Below, in pieces: positions 10,967-24,194 of a DNA stretch of 64,000 nucleotides. Source of the DNA: Malacoraja senta (Eukaryota); contig CM075995.1 in NCBI GenBank assembly GCA_038087875.1, positions 6,946,001 through 7,010,000 on the forward strand, in the 5' to 3' direction. Made by a program: the position numbers and the translations under genes. How positions within the stretch are numbered: position 1 is the stretch's first letter; each line of letters starts with the position of its first letter. The notes under the pieces were generated by a model. The model searched no databases. It had not been told where the DNA came from and saw only the letters and a list, made by a program, of their open reading frames with translations.

Positions 10967-11576
10967 TGTAAATACGCTCTTCTCAAGCTTACTCCCCCAG
11001 TCTAGTCCAGTCAGAAACCACTCAGTCAAGCACTGGAACAACTAAACTTTATTTTTAGATTGAACAGCAAATTTTCCTATACGATACCTAAACCACCGCG
11101 GGTTTGATCGTTGTCTCTGCCTGGCCAAGCCCTTCAGCCTCGTGCAAGCAGAAACACTCCAAAAGGTCATACAGTCCCAAGCTCACTTCCAGAAGATCAA
11201 CCTCAATCTAAGATGGAGCCACCTTTTATAGGTCCACGAACCTTGAGGGGCCGAACTACATAGGGGTGGTCTCTTTACAGTCCAATCAAACATATTAATT
11301 ACATCAAAACATTATAGACAGTTCCCCAAACCAATTACAGAGTCTCCCATACATTGTTTCCTGGAGAGGCTTCTGGAAGAAAGCTAACTAACTGAATAAT
11401 GCAACATTTACCCTGGAATTCAAAACAATCCTGCCAGGGCTTAACACTTTGGCGAATCAACAAACAGCAAGGTAACTGTCTTGCAACATTATTTACACTA
11501 TTTACAATTCCTTTGCAGCAAACCAATCATATCAATGCATTTAAGTTTATTAACAGAGTTTTAATATATATTATCA
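10967..11576 (-). mobile_element. Putative solo LTR
   Basis: Minus strand runs TG...CA with TATAAAAGG at about 11223-11231 and AATAAA at 11048-11053, in U3-R order. CCAAT motifs upstream. No TSD found. Confidence 0.4.
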
Positions 11577-11744
11577 ATTAAGAGGAAATGAGGAGAACAC
11601 CTGGATCAGTTGCAGCTGGAGTTAAAACTGGCATGTAACAATGGTAATGCCACTGTGGTGATGGGGGATTTCAATATGCAGGTAGACTGGGAAAATCAGG
11701 TTGGTTCAAGAAAGAGAGTTTGTAGAGTGCCTCCGAGATGGATT

Positions 11745-13776
11745 AGAAACATAGAAACATAGAAAATAGGTGCAGGAGTAGGCCATTCAGCCCTTCGAGC
11801 CAGCACCACCATTCAATATGATCATGGCTGATCATTCAACTCAGTATCCTGTACCTGCCTTCTCTCCATACCCCCTAATCCCTTTAGCCACAAGGGCCAC
11901 ATCTAACTCCCTCTTAAATATAGCCAATGAACTGGCCTCAACTACCTTCTGTGGCAGAGAATTCCACAGATTCACCACTCTCTGTGTGAAAAATGATTTT
12001 CTCATCTCGCTCCTAAAAGACTTCCCCCTTATCCTTAAACTGTGACCCGTTGTTCTGGACTTCCCCAACATCGGGAACAAACTTCCTGCATCTAGCCTGT
12101 CCAACCCCTTAAGAATCTTGTATGTTTCTATAAGATCCCCCCTCAATCTTCTAAATTCTAGCGAGTACAAGCCGAGTCTATCCAGTCTTTCTTCATATGA
12201 AAGTCCTGCCATCCCAGGAATCAGTCTGGTGAACCTTCTCTGTACTCCCTCTATGGCAAGAATGTCTTTCCTCAGATTTGGTGACCAAAACTGTACGCAA
12301 TACTCCAGGTGTGGCCTCACCAAGACCCTGTACAACTGCAGTAGAACCTCCCTGCTCTTATACTCAAATCCTTTTGCTATGAATGCTAACATACCATTCG
12401 CTTTCTTCACTGCCTGCTGCACCTGCATGCCTACTTTCAATGACTGGTGTACCATGACACCCAGATCTCGTTGCATCTCCCCTTTTCCTAATCGGCCACC
12501 ATTCAAATAATAGTCTACTTTCCTGTTTTTGCCACCAAAGTGGATAACCTCACATTTATCCACATTATACTGCATCTGCCATGCATTTCCCCACTCACCC
12601 AACCTATCCAAGTCACCTTGCAGCCTCCTAGCATCCTCCTCACAGCTAACACTGCCCCCCAGCTTCGTGTCATCCGCAAACTTGGAGATGTTGTATTCAA
12701 TTCCCTCATCCAGATCATTAATATATATTGTAAATAGCTGGGGTCCCAGCACTGAGCCTTGCGGTACCCCACTAGTCACTGCCTGCCATTCTGAAAAGGA
12801 CCCGTTTACTCCTACTCTTTGCTTCCTGTCTGCCAGCCAGTTCTCTATCCACATCAATACTGAACCCCCAATACCGTGTGCTTTAAGTTTGCATACTAAT
12901 CTCTTATGTGGGACCTTGTCGAACGCCTTCTGAAAGTCCAGATATAACACATCCACTGGTTCTCCCTTATCCACTCTACTAGTTACATCCTCGAAAAATT
13001 CTATAAGATTCGTCAGACATGATTTACCTTTCATAAATCCATGCTGACTTTGTCCAATGATTTCACCACTTTCCAAATGTGCTGCTATCCCATCTTTAAT
13101 AACTGACTCTAGCATTTTCCCCACTACCGATGTTAGACTAACTGGTCTGTAATTCCCCGTTTTCTCTCTCCCTCCCTTTTTAAAAAGCGGGGTTACATTA
13201 GCTACCCTCCAATCCTCAGGAACTACTCCAGAATCTAAAGAGTTCTGAAAAATTATCACTAATGCATCCACTATTTCTGGGGCTACTTCCTTAAGTACTC
13301 TGGGATGCAGCCTGTCTGGCCCTGGGGATTTATCGGCCTTTGATCCATTCAATTTACCTAACACCACTTCCCGGCTAACCGGGATTTCACTCAGTTCCTC
13401 CGTCTCATTTGACACCCAGTCCCCTGCTATTTCCGGCAGATTATTTATGTCTTCCTTAGTGAAGACAGAACCAAAGTAGTTATTCAACTGGTCTGCCATA
13501 TCATTGTTCCCCATGATCAATTCACCAGTTTCTGACTGCAAGGGACCTACATTTGTTTTAACTAATCTTTTTCGCTTCACATATCTATAAAAAATTTTGC
13601 AGTCAGTTTTTATGTTCCCTGCCAGTTTTTTTTCATAATCTATTTCCCCTTTCCTAATTAAGCCCTTTGTCCTCCTCTGCTGGACTCTGAATTTCTCCCA
13701 GTCTTTTTCTGGCTAATTTGTATGGTTCATCTTTTGTTTTGATACTATCCCTGATTTCCCTTGTTATCCACGGATT
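11745..13776 (-). mobile_element. Young 5'-truncated CR1 LINE with an uninterrupted RT ORF (11841-13580)
   Basis: 579-aa ORF with FADD motif. (CTATGTTT)n tail. Confidence 0.96.
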
Positions 13777-14191
13777 CTTAGAGCAGCTTGTAATGGAGCC
13801 GACCAGAGAAAAGGCAATTCTGGATTTAGTGTTGTCCAATGAACCAGATACAGAAACATAGAAAATAGTTGCAGGAGGAGGCCATTCGGCCCTTCAAGCC
13901 ATTCATTGTGATCATGGCTGATCGTCCCCAATCAATAACCCGTACCTGCCTTCTCCCCATATCCCTTGATTCCACTAGCCCCTAGAGCTCTATCTAACTC
14001 TCTCTTAAATCCATTCAGTGATTTGGCCTCCACTGCTCTCTGTGGCAGGGAATTCCACAAATTCACAACTCTCTGGGTGAAAATGTTTTTTTCTCACCTC
14101 AGTCTTAAATGGCCTCCCACTTTATTCTAAGACTGGTTCTGGACTCTCCCAACATTGGGAACATTTTTCCTGCATCTAGCTTGTCCAGTCC

Positions 14192-14785
14192 TATGTTCTT
14201 ATAAAAAATTGGGTGAGGAAAGGATTGGAGGTTCGTTGGGAGGGACCTTACCAGGTTCTTCCAATGACTCCAACAGCTGTGAAAGTGGATGGATGGAATG
14301 TATGGGTACATCTCCATCACTGTAAAAGTATCAGTGAAAGTATGGATTGCTAACTTACTTCATCCCAGGTTCTCTTAGGAACTATACTCTATTATGGATC
14401 AAGCACCGATGAACTATCAAGATTGATGGAGGGGATTCGCGCCCAGGAAAACTCGGGAGGTGAAGACTCTTCAGACGGGAATCATGAAACTACGTCCACA
14501 AAAACTCAGGAAGCTTGATGGAATTCTGGGAAATGCATCAGCATCTTTTTGTTAGAACATTTGTTAGAGTGAAGCAGTCGTCATGGTATTTTGGGGTTAT
14601 CATTAATGATGAGGGTTATCATAAATGATAAAATGGGGGAATGTTAATATTGACCAAATTAAAGACACCATAAAATGGAGGATCCCTGCATTTGTCAGAA
14701 TTGCTTAACCTTTGTCAGTGGAAATTTACAGGCTGTGGATGGTACCAGCCAGTCTAAGCCCAGATTAATATGCAGGATGGTAAGA
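14192..14785 (+). mobile_element. Endogenous retrovirus remnant: integrase C-terminus, PPT, start of 3' LTR
   Basis: 14192-14353 translates [58 protein letters not shown] at 14630-14641 is followed by TGTTAA. Confidence 0.75.
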
Positions 14786-14786
14786 G

Positions 14787-16405
14787 ACATAGAAAATAGG
14801 TGCAGGAGGCCATTCGGCCCTTCGAGCCAGCACCGCCATTCATTGTGATCATGGCTGATCGTCCCCAATCAATAACCCGTGCCTGCCTACTCCCCATATC
14901 CCTTGATTCCACTAGCCCCTAGAGCTCTATCTAACTCTCTCTTAAATCCAACCAGTGACTTGGCCTCCACTGTCCTCCAGTACCTTTCCTGCATCTAGCT
15001 TGTCCAGTCCTTTTATAATTTTATATGTTTCTATAAGATGCCCCCTCATCCTTCTAAACTCCAGTGAATACAAGCCTAATCTTTTCAATCTTTCCTCATA
15101 TGACAGTCCCACCATCCCAGGGATCAATCTCGTGAACCTACGCTGCACTGCCTCAATCACAAGGATGTCCTTCCTCAGATTAGGAGACCAAAACTGTACA
15201 CAATACTCCAGATGTTGTCTTACCAGAGCCCCATACAGAAGGACCTCTCCTCCTATACTGAAATCCTCTTGTCATGAAGGCCAACATTCCATTAGCTTTC
15301 TTCACTGCCTGCTGTACCTGCACGCCAACTTTCAGTGACTGGTTGTACAAGGACGCCCAGGTCTCGCTGTACCTCCCCCTTACCTAACCTAACCCCATTG
15401 AGTTAATAATCTGCCCCCTTGGTTTTGCAACCAAAGTGAATAACCTCACATTTATCTATGTTATACTGCATCCCACTCATTCAACCTGTCCAGGTCACCC
15501 TGCAACCTCCTAATATCCTCTTCACAGTTCACACTGCCACCCAGCTTTGTGTCATCCTCAAACTTGCTAGTGTTGCTCCTAATTCCCTCTTCCAAATCAT
15601 TAATATATATGGCAAACAGTTGCGGCCCCAACATCGAGCCTTGCGGCACTCCACTCGCCACTGTCTGCCATTCTGAAAATAACCAGTTCACTCCTACTCT
15701 TTGCTTCCTGTCTGCCAACCAATTTTCTATCCATGTCAACACCCTACCCCCGATACCATGTGCTCTAATTTTAGTCGCCAGTCTCCCGTGCAGGACCTTA
15801 TCAAAGGCTTTCTGAAAGTCTAGATACACTACATCCACTGGCTCCCCTTCATCCATTTTACTTGTCACATCCTCAAAAAATTCCACAAGATTAGTCAAGC
15901 ATGATTTCCCTTTCATAAATACATGTTGACTTGGACTAATCCTTTTACTGCTATCCAAATGCCCCATTATTACCTCTTTAATAATTGACTCCAGCATCTT
16001 TCCCACCACCGAAGTCAGGATAACTGGTCTGTAATTCCTCGTTTTCTCTCTCGCTCCTTTCTTGAAAAGTGTGATAACATTAGCTATCCTCCAATCCACA
16101 TGAACTGATCCTGAATCTATTGAACATTGGAAAATAATCACCAATGCGTCCACTATTTCTAGAGCCACCTTCCTGAGGACCCTGGGATGCAGACCATCAG
16201 GCCCAGGGGATTTATCATCCTTCAGTCCCATTAACCTACCCAATACTATTTCTCGCCTAATGAAAATTTCTTTCAGTTCCTCTACACCCTTAGATCCTCT
16301 GTCCTCCAGTACTTCTGGGAGATTGTTTGTGTTTTCCTTAGTGAAGACAGATCCGAAGTACCTGTTCAACTCTTCTGCCATTTCCTTGTTCCCCATAATA
16401 ATTTC
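14787..16405 (-). mobile_element. CR1 LINE, 5'-truncated, degenerate
   Basis: RT motifs in ORF 15461-16489 and 14942-15160, plus the CR1 3' tail. Confidence 0.93.
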
Positions 16406-16498
16406 AAATATTAATTTCATAATAATAAAGCCATAATAATATGTTCCTGGAATAGGTGCAGAGGCATCAGTAATGATAACAATGTGCATATTTAAACG

Positions 16499-16504
16499 TT
16501 TATT
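16499..16504 (-). promoter_or_regulatory. Candidate distal RIPOR2 polyadenylation signal AATAAA
   Basis: Minus-strand AATAAA near the distal end of a unique AT-rich island (about 16405-16765). Would imply a roughly 4-kb TE-containing 3' UTR. Confidence 0.3.
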
Positions 16505-16766
16505 TTAAAAATTGCAATTAAAGTACACACAAAAAAACACATTTTCAGCTTTTACTTCCAACAGATAAGGCAAAGAAATCAAAGCTTACTTAAATTACAC
16601 AATAGATTATTCGAGTTGCAGCAATCCCTCTCGAATCACTGTTCCTGTTCATTCATGGACCATCTACTCCTCTGTTTACTGTCAATTTGATATTCCACAG
16701 GTAACCCTGCATCATAACATTGTGTTCCCAATCTCACACTGTCAATGCTAAAGTGTAGTATTCTAA

Positions 16767-17222
16767 TGGGCCTGTCCCACTTAGGGGATTTTTTCGGCGA
16801 CTGTCATAGTCGTAGCAGGTCGCCGAAAAACCGGCGACTGGACCCCCCCCCTACGACAATGTCTACAACAACCTACCACCTAGTCGATGTCAGGCTACCG
16901 ACAACCAGATTAGGACGTCCACCTACGACCACACCTACGACAACCTACGTCCCGGTACGACCCTGTCGGCGACAACCGAAGACATCTTAAGACAATTCAG
17001 TCGCTGGCACCTGTCGTAGGTTGACGCAGGTAGTCGCCAATGGAATTCACCGAAGTCAGCACCAGCGACAACCTACGTCATCCTGGCGACAACCTACCAC
17101 AGCACCTACGTCAGGAGAAGTCAAGCTACGCTCATTGGCGTCAAGCCGATTGTCGCCGAAAAGTTCAAAATCCAGCGGCGACCAGAAAAACGCTACGATT
17201 CTTTGGGCGACAGGAGACTACC
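16767..17222. mobile_element. PIF/Harbinger-like MITE fragment (CGAC-rich family)
   Basis: Starts with GGGCCTGTCCCACTT. Related copies at about 18619-18785, 26523-26655, 44235-44443 and 53897-54552. Confidence 0.7.
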
Positions 17223-20200
17223 AGGATGTGCCCAAAGCGCTCCAAGCAAGAGAGAGTCCCAGCCCTCTCAACCTCTCCCTATAGCTCAGACAATCGGCCC
17301 TTCGAGCAGTGCTGGCTCAAAGGGCCGAATGGCCCATTCCTGCACCTATTGTCAAGCATGGAACATCCTCGTAAATCTTCTCTGCACCCTTTCCAGCATG
17401 ACAACAGCATTCCTATAACATGGTGCCCAAAACTGAACACAATACTCTAAATGCAGCCTCATTAACGTCTTATACAACTGCAACATGACTTCTATACTCA
17501 ATATAGACACAAAAAGTTGGAGTAACTCAGCAGGACAGGCAGCATCTCTGGAGAGAAGGAATGGGTGACGTTTCGGGTCGACTCTGACTGAGGAAGGCCA
17601 ATGTGCCAAAGGCCCTTTTGACCACCTTATCTACTTGTGATGGCACTTTCAACAAACTGTGTATCTGATCATATGATCAGCGCCATATCCTGAGAAACAT
17701 AGAAAATAAGTGCAGGAGTAGGTCATTCGGCCCTTCGAGCCAGCACCACCATTCAATATGATCATGGCTGATCATCCAAAAACAGTACCCCGTTCCTGTT
17801 TTCTCCCCATATCCCTTGATTCCGTTAGCCCTAAGAGCTAAATCTAACTCTCTCTTGAAAACATCCAGTGAATTGACTGACCTCCACTGCCTTCTGTGGC
17901 TGAGAATTCCACAAATTCACAACTCCCTGGGTGAAAAAGTTTTTCCTCATCTCAGTCCTAAATGGCCTACCCCCTTATTCTTAAACTGTGACCCCTGGTT
18001 TTGGACAACCCCAACATCGGGAACATTTTTCCTGCATCTAGCCTGTCCAATTCTTTAAGAATTTTATGTTTCTATAAGAACCCCTCTCATCCTTCTAAAT
18101 TCGAGTGAATACAAGCCCAGTCGACCCATTCTTTGAATGAGTTTATTTAGAGATACTGCTTGGAAGCAGGACATTCGGCTCACGGATTCCACGCTGCCCA
18201 TTCATCCCCTTCACATCGTTCTATCCTACACACGAGAGGACAATTTTACAGACGCCAATTAACCTACAAACCTGTACATCTTTGGAATGCGGGAGGAAAC
18301 CGGAGCACCCGGAGGAAACCAATGCAATTTATTGCCACAGAAGGCTGTGGAGGCCACCAATGGATATGTTTAAGGTGGAGATTGATAGATTCTCGATAAG
18401 TACGGGTGTCAGGGGTGAAGGCAAGAGAATGGGTTTCAGAGGGAAAGATAGATCAGCCATGACTGAATGGCGGAGTTGACATGATTGACTGAATAGCCGA
18501 ATTCTGCTCCTAACACTTATGAACTTATGAGAACCCATGCAGTCACGGGGAGAACGTAAAGACTCCGTACAGACAGCACCCGTAGTCAGGATCGAACCCG
18601 GGTCTCTAGCGCAGTAATGGGCCTGTCCCACTTAGGCGATTTTTTCAGCGACTACAGGCGACTGCCGTAAAATTTTCAACATGTTGACAATTTTTGCTCT
18701 CGTAGGTTGTCGCCAGGTGTCGTAGGTGAATTCCATTAAAACTAGTCCCTGGCAGTCTCCTAAAGAGTCGCCAAGTGGGACAGGCAGCAACTCTACCGCT
18801 GCGCCACTGTGCCGCCCTCAGCTAAAAATAACTCAATTGAAAGGATTGGTTTGGAGGGATACGGGCCAAACGCAGGCAGGTGGGACTAGTGTAGACGGGA
18901 CATGTTGGCCAGCGTGGGCAAGTTGGGCCGAAGGGCCTGTTTCCATACTGAATGACTCGAAGTTCGACCGAATTGTAGCTGTGGGAAGCCAGTAAGCTAA
19001 ACAATAGAAACTAAGAATGCGTAAACGAGAATCGTATTATGTACAATCAATACCCTGATAACCAATCTCAGACACGTGCAAATACAAATAAACAAATAAT
19101 GCCAGTGTGTTCTCCAACATAAAGAGCAAAGTGGAAATTCAAAAGTCAAAACAGGACTCTAAATAAATTGACACGGAATAAAATGATTTCTGTAGAACAT
19201 GAGTAACTTTGGTTAAAAAAAATGTTTTTTGAATAAAATGTCTCTCTCTTGTCGATTTGGTTTGCTTGCTCTTTGGGTGGTGAGAGATGTGGACGGTATC
19301 TGCTGGGGCTGCAGATATCGTTTTGTTTATTGTCACGTGTACCGAGGTACAGCGAAAAGCTTTTTTGTTGGGTGCTAACCAGCCAGCGGAAAGGCATGGA
19401 TAAGATCATGAGAAGACTCGATCGGGTAGACGCACAGAGTCTGTTACCCAGATTCGAGGATCAGAGGACATGGGTTTTAAGATGACCGGGGAAAGATTTA
19501 ACAGGAATTTTTGAGGGGTGCATTTTTCACACAAAGGGTGGTGGGTGTATGGAACGAGCTGACGGAGGAGGTAGTTGAGGCTGGGACTATCCCAACGTTT
19601 AAGAAACAGACAGGTACATGGATAGTGGACAAAAATGCTGGAGAAACTCAGCGGGTGAGGCAGCATCTGTGGTGCGATGGAAATAGGCAATGTTTCGGCC
19701 CGAAATGTTGCCTATTTCCTTCGCTCCATAGAATCTGCCTCACCCGCTGAGCTTCTTCACCATTTTTGTCTACCTTCGATTTTCCAGCATCCGCAGTTCC
19801 TTCTTAAACAGGTACATGGATAGGACAGGTTTGGAGGGACTTGGGCCAAACGTGGGCAGGTGGGACTAGTGCAGCTGGGAAATGTTGGCCGGTGTGGGCA
19901 AGTTGGGCTGAAGGGCCTGTTTCCACGCTGTATCACTCTGACTCTAATACATGATTACCATAGAGTCTTCCACAGTGTATAGATGTTGCTGCAGTAGCAG
20001 AGATTTAAGAAGGTGGAGCGATTGTAATGTGTGTTTATAGATCGGTTTCTGTGGCCAGCACGATAGAGACATTGGGCGTGGAGGCCACAGGCTGGTAGGA
20101 GAGCAAACCGGAGTAATGCCTCCAGCGCCTTCAAGGTCGGCTGCAGGACTTGCTGGGACACAAAGAGGACTGGAGAGTGGAGGAGCGTCTAGGACTAGAG

Positions 20201-20669
20201 GTCACAGCCTCAGAATTAAAGGACGTTCCTTTTGGAAGGAGATGAGGAGGAATTTCTTTAGTCAAAGGATGGTTATTCTGTGAAATTCTTTGCCACAGAA
20301 GGCTGTGGAGGCCAAGTCAATGGATATTTTTAAGGCAGAGATAGATAGATTCTTGATCAGTACGGGTGCCAGGAGTTATTGGGGAGCAGGCAGGAGAATG
20401 AGAGAGAGATCAACCATGATTGGGTGGCGGGGTAGACTCGATGGGCCGAATGGCCTAATTCTGCTCCTGCCACTTATGTGACCTGACGAGACAATAAATA
20501 ACCATCGAACCAAACGGCCGCGTGGGTCGGGCGCCATCTTGTGGTCACAAGGAAGTGCTTTCTTGGATCTTATCCATGTGCCACCCTGCCACAGCCTTCA
20601 GCACGGGGCAGTTAGCGGAGCTGCCAACCGTAGTCCGTAATACCGCGGTGCGTGGCAGGGGCTTCGCTG

Positions 20670-20770
20670 TCAGAAGGCGGTGCTGACCGCGTTTCCCCGC
20701 CGTCCCGACAGCTGCACGATTTCCTCAGGGTCTTTGTCCAGCTGCTCGTAGGCCAAGCGCCCTTCTTCAC
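20670..20770 (-). CDS. RIPOR2: RIPOR2 last coding exon (stop TGA at 20670-20672)
   Basis: Acceptor gttgcttcccag|GT. Encodes [33 protein letters not shown]. Confidence 0.94.
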
Positions 20771-21787
20771 CTGGGAAGCAACGTGGAACGTGAGGATGGT
20801 TATAGACAATAGACAATAGGTGCAGGAGTAGGCCATTTGGCCCTTCGAGCCAGCACTGCCAATCAATGTATCATGGCTGATCATCCCCAATCAGTACCCC
20901 GTTCCTGCCTTCTCCCCATATCCCCTGACTCCGCTATCTTTAACAGCCCTATCTAGCTCTCTCTTGAAAGCATCCAGAGAACCTGCCTCCACCGCCCTCT
21001 GAGGCAGAGAATTCCACAGACTCACCACTCTCTGTGAGAAAAAGTGTTTCCTCGTCTCCGTTCTAAATGGCTTGCTCCTTATTCTTAAACTGAACTATTT
21101 TTCCCTCTCAATCCCGTTCTGCTTTTTCACCATAAACTGTGTCTCATTCTATACATTACAGAAGGCAGGTGCAGAGTGACTGCATTATTAACTGAGAAAG
21201 GAGATAACTTGCCCAGTGCAAGGCCAGGACTCTTAACCCCAAAACTGACACCCTTACTAGCCAAGAATCTGTCAATCACCGCCTTTAAATTCACCACTGA
21301 CTTGGCCTCCACAGCCATCGGTGGCAATGAATTCCACAGATTCACCGCCCTCTGACTAAAGAAATTCCTCCTCATCTCCTTCCTGATGGTACGTCCTTTT
21401 ATTCTGAGAATTCACAGTGGAGCAGACAAAATGAGTAGGGAGGAACCGCAGATGCTGCCTAACACCGAAGATGGACACAAAATGCTGGAGTAACTCAGTG
21501 GGACAGGCAGCATCGCTGGAGAGGAGGAATGGGTGACTTTTCGGGTCATTCTGAAGAAGGGTCTTGACCAGAAATGTCACCCGTTCCTTAATGCCAGAGA
21601 CGCTGCCTGTCCCGTTGAGTTACTCCAGCATTTTGTGTCTATTTGCAGTTTAAACCAGCATCTGCAGTTCCTTCCTACTTGAGGGTCAGGCAGGCAGGGT
21701 CCATTTTAGATTTGGTTTTCGAGATACACTGTGGAAACAGGCCCTTCGGCCCATCAAGTCCGCTCCTCATGGAGAGACAATACTCAC

Positions 21788-21878
21788 CAAGAGAGAGGAG
21801 TGATTCAGTGGCTGCTTGTCGTAGGACATCTCTTTCCGACCGGCACAGACCCACCAGAACATCGATACTTTCATAAGC
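21788..21878 (-). CDS. RIPOR2: RIPOR2 penultimate coding exon (91 nt, phase 0-1)
   Basis: Acceptor ctgctcgccag|GCT; donor G|gtgagt. Encodes AYESIDVLVGLCRSERDVLRQAATESLLSL. Confidence 0.93.
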
Positions 21879-22006
21879 CTGGCGAGCAGAGTGGAATCCA
21901 TTGCGTTAATCAAATACGCATTCAAAAACATCCAGCAACCGTAGGAAGCATTTTATCAGGACGGAACACACTTGGTTTGGGAACAGCTCCATCCAAGACC
22001 GCAAGA

Positions 22007-22655
22007 AATAGACAATAGATAGACAATAGATAGACAATAGGTGCAGGAGTAGGCCATTCGGCCCTTCGAGCCAGCACCGCCATTCAATGTGATCATGGCT
22101 GATCATCCCCAATCAGTACCCCGTTCCTGCCTTCTCCCCATATCCCCTGACTCCACTATTTTTAAGTGCCCTATCTAGCTCTCTCTTGAAAGCATCCAGA
22201 GAACCTGCCTCCACCGCCCTCTGAGGCAGAGAATTCCACAGACTCACCACTCTCTGTGAGAAAAAGTGTTTCCTCGTCTCCGTTCTAAATGGCTTACTCC
22301 TTATTCTTAAACTGTGGCCCCTGGTTCTGGACTCCCCCAACATCGGGAACACGTTTCCTGCGTCTAGCGTGTCCAAACCCTTAACAATCTTATATGTTTC
22401 AATGAGATTCACTCTCATCCTTCTAAACCCCAGAGAGTACAAGCCCAGCTGCTCCATTCTCTCAGCATATGACAGTCCAGCCATCCCGGGAATTAACCTT
22501 GTAAACCTATGCTGGGCTCCCTCAATAGCAGGAATGTCCTTCCTCAAATTAGGGGAGCAAAACTGCACACAATACTCCAGGTGTGGTCTCACTAGGGCTC
22601 TGTACAACTGCAGAAGGACCTCTTTGCTCCTATATTCGATTCCACTTGTTATAAA
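22007..22655 (-). mobile_element. CR1 LINE 3' fragment, (ATTGTCT)n-tail subfamily
   Basis: ORF 22113-22607 encodes the RT C-terminus. Confidence 0.93.
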
Positions 22656-24194
22656 GAGAATGGCAGAGAGTTTTGGACGCAGCCCAGACTATCACACCAA
22701 CCCTAACCTCCCTCCCTTCCATTGATTCCACTTACACCTCACGCTGCCTCGGCAAGGCCTGCAGCATAATCACAGACGGGTCCACTCAACACTCCCTGTA
22801 CAGGTACAGCGCGGAAACAGGCCCTTCGGCCCACCGAATCTGTGCCTACCAGCGATCACCCCGTACACTAAATCTATCCTACGCACTAGGGACAATATAC
22901 AACTAATTAACCTACAAAACTGTACATCTTTGGAGTGTGGGAGGAAACCGGAGCACCCAGAGAAACATAGAAAATAGGTGCAGGAGTAGGCCATTCGCCC
23001 CTTCGAGCCAGCACCGCCATTCAATATGAACATGGCTGATCATTCAAAATCAGTACCCCGTTCCTGCTTTTTTTCCCCATATCCCTTAATTCCGTTAGCC
23101 CTAAGAGCTAAATCTAACGCTCTCTTCAATACATCCAGTGAATTGGCCCCCACTGCCTTCTGTGGGAGAGAATTTCACAGATTCACAACTCTCTGGGTGA
23201 AAATGTTTTTCCTCATCTCAGTCCCAAATGACCCACCCCTTATTCTTAGACTGTGACCCCTGGTTCTGCATTTCCCCGACATGGGGACTATTTTTCCTGC
23301 CTCTAGCCCGCCCAATCTCTTAAGAATTTTATGTTTCTATATGATCCCCTCTAGTCCTTCTAAATTCCAGTGAATACAAACCCACGCTGATAACGGGAAA
23401 ACGTACAAACTCCATACAGACAAGCACCTGTAGTCAGGGTCGAACCTGGGTCTCCGGTGCTGTGAGGCAGCAACTCTACCGCTGCGCCACAGTGCCGTTC
23501 CAGTGATACAATCCTACCCAGTAAATGACATTTGTGCAACATACAGTATATGCATCACAGCCTTGTTTGGGAACAGCTCCATCCAAGACCGCAAGAAATT
23601 GCAGAGTGTTTAGTTTAGTTTAGATAGACACAAAGTGCTGGATTAACTCAGCGGCTCACATAGTATATAGTCATAGAGACTTGCAGTGGAAACAGGCCCT
23701 TCGGCCCAACTCGCCCACATCGACCAACCAGTCCCGTCTACACTGATCCCGCCAGCCTGCATTTGGCCCATATCCCTCCAAACCTGTCCTATCCAGGTAC
23801 CTGTCTAAATGTTCCTCAAATTGTAAATTGTCGCAAGTGTGTAGGATAGTGTTAGTGTGCAAGGTGATCATTGGTTGGCGTGGACTCCAAGGGCTGAGGG
23901 GCCTGTTTCCGTCTCTGAAGTTTAAAATTAAACTCAAGTAAAACAGATGAAACAAAAGTGAAAATACAGTGCAGAACATAGTTCTCAGCATTGTAGCAGC
24001 TCAGTCTCAGAGACAAAGTCCAATGTCCGCAATGGGGTAGAGGTGAATCAGACAGTACTCTAGTTTATGGAAGGACCGTTCAGCAGCCTGAGAACGGAGG
24101 GGAAGCCGTTGTTCCCGAGTCCGATCCTGATTACGGGTGCTGTCTGTACGGAGTTTGTCCGTTCTCCCTGTGACCACGTGGGTTTTCTCCAGGT

